Shown here piece by piece: positions 63,481-64,000 of a stretch of DNA of 64,000 bases (the first letter of the stretch is position 1; each line of letters begins with the position of its first letter). The stretch covers positions 106,524 to 170,523 of the forward strand of contig JAVYRX010000003.1 in assembly GCA_038729485.1 (NCBI GenBank), in the 5' to 3' direction. A program made the position numbers and the translations under genes. The stretch comes from Thermoplasmatales archaeon (GTDB lineage Archaea; Thermoplasmatota; Thermoplasmata; Thermoplasmatales; GCA-001856825). Under the pieces are notes generated by a model. That model did no database searches. It was not told where the DNA came from and saw nothing but the letters and a program-made list of their open reading frames with translations.

Positions 63481-64000
63481 ACGCCGTTTTGATTAGGCCA
63501 TCCAATAAGACGGGAAGTGGGTATCTAACGAAATGGGGTTTTCTGCCTGCTCCATTGGGACTGCTCTCTCTTGCCGGAGAGATCCTTAGGGTAAATGGTT
63601 CCAGGGTTAAGATTATAGATATGGAAGGTGACGAGTTATCTATTGAAGAGACTATAAAACAGACTTTGGAATACAGACCGGATTTGGTAGGTATAACATT
63701 GCATGCTACTGCTGCGCACAATAACGCCGGTTACATCGCAAGGAAAATAAAGGGAGAGAAACCCGATACAGTTTTAGTCGCTGGAGGCCATCACGCAACA
63801 TTTCTTCCAAAGGAGATTATAAGGGCAGGATTTGATATTTCTGTTCTGGGAGAAGGCGATGAAACGATTTACGAAATCGCTTCCGCCATTTCAGAGGGAG
63901 AGGGGTTCGAAAATATAAAAGGCATAGTATACAAGGATAAAGACAGGATAATAAGAACTCCGCCTAGATCCCTTATAACGGATCTTGACACTCTGCCAAT
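63481..64000 (+). CDS. B12-binding-domain radical SAM protein, N-terminal part (3' end outside the window)
   Basis: This ORF is not in the supplied track because it runs off the window. MALNAVLIRPSNKTGSGYLTKWGFLPAPLGLLSLAGEIL...DLVGITLHATAAH...VLVAGGHHATF...ISVLGEGDET is the cobalamin-binding-like Rossmann module that precedes the CxxxCxxC core in class B rSAM enzymes. Confidence 0.65.

Noticed and set aside
1-64000. Search for CRISPR arrays, tRNA/rRNA genes and IS/transposase/integrase genes
   Set aside because: I saw no regularly spaced direct repeats, no GC-rich cloverleaf-like segments in any spacer, no rRNA-like stretches, and no DDE or tyrosine/serine recombinase motifs in any ORF. This was a visual scan only; tRNAscan-SE, Infernal and a CRISPR finder would be the definitive checks.

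Overview
This window is a very compact archaeal chromosomal segment. By gene content and protein similarity it is most consistent with a Thermoplasmatales genome (Thermoplasma/Picrophilus/Ferroplasma-like). The proteasome alpha subunit and the glucose dehydrogenase closely resemble the Thermoplasma acidophilum proteins as I recall them, but they are clearly diverged. I count about 76 protein genes. Many are translationally coupled by ATGA/GTGA/TAATG overlaps, and several convergent gene pairs overlap at their 3' ends. I saw no rRNA, tRNA, CRISPR array, transposase or integrase.

Recognisable blocks:
- The conserved archaeal proteasome/exosome superoperon (psmA, SBDS, rrp4, rrp41, rrp42, L37Ae, rpoP, pus10, L21e, rpoF, DUF655, ksgA).
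- A ribB-ribC-ribH riboflavin operon.
- A DtxR/IdeR-like repressor plus NRAMP transporter operon with a near-perfect operator palindrome.
- An aIF5A-agmatinase-DUF835 operon.
- A non-phosphorylative Entner-Doudoroff cluster (glucose dehydrogenase, gluconate dehydratase).
- A UDP-sulfoquinovose synthase (SQD1/Agl3) glycan cluster.

Candidates for something uncharacterised:
1. A tightly coupled three-gene module at 7389-10003. It combines an SPFH/Band-7 protein, an array of five zinc ribbons that spans a gene junction, and two proteins I cannot assign.
2. The sulfosugar cluster, which contains a fucokinase-like GHMP kinase and a HAS/chitin-synthase-like processive GT2.
3. Mirror-image duplicated TauE-DUF1634 pairs that bracket a hydrolase and a ribbon-helix-helix-like protein.
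4. A 518-bp ORF-free gap with broken reading frames, unusual in this otherwise gap-free genome.
5. A cyclase-family gene embedded between gluconate dehydratase and glucose dehydrogenase.
6. A ValRS whose KMSKS loop reads PMHAS.

All functional calls rest on motif and family recognition by eye. No database search was run.
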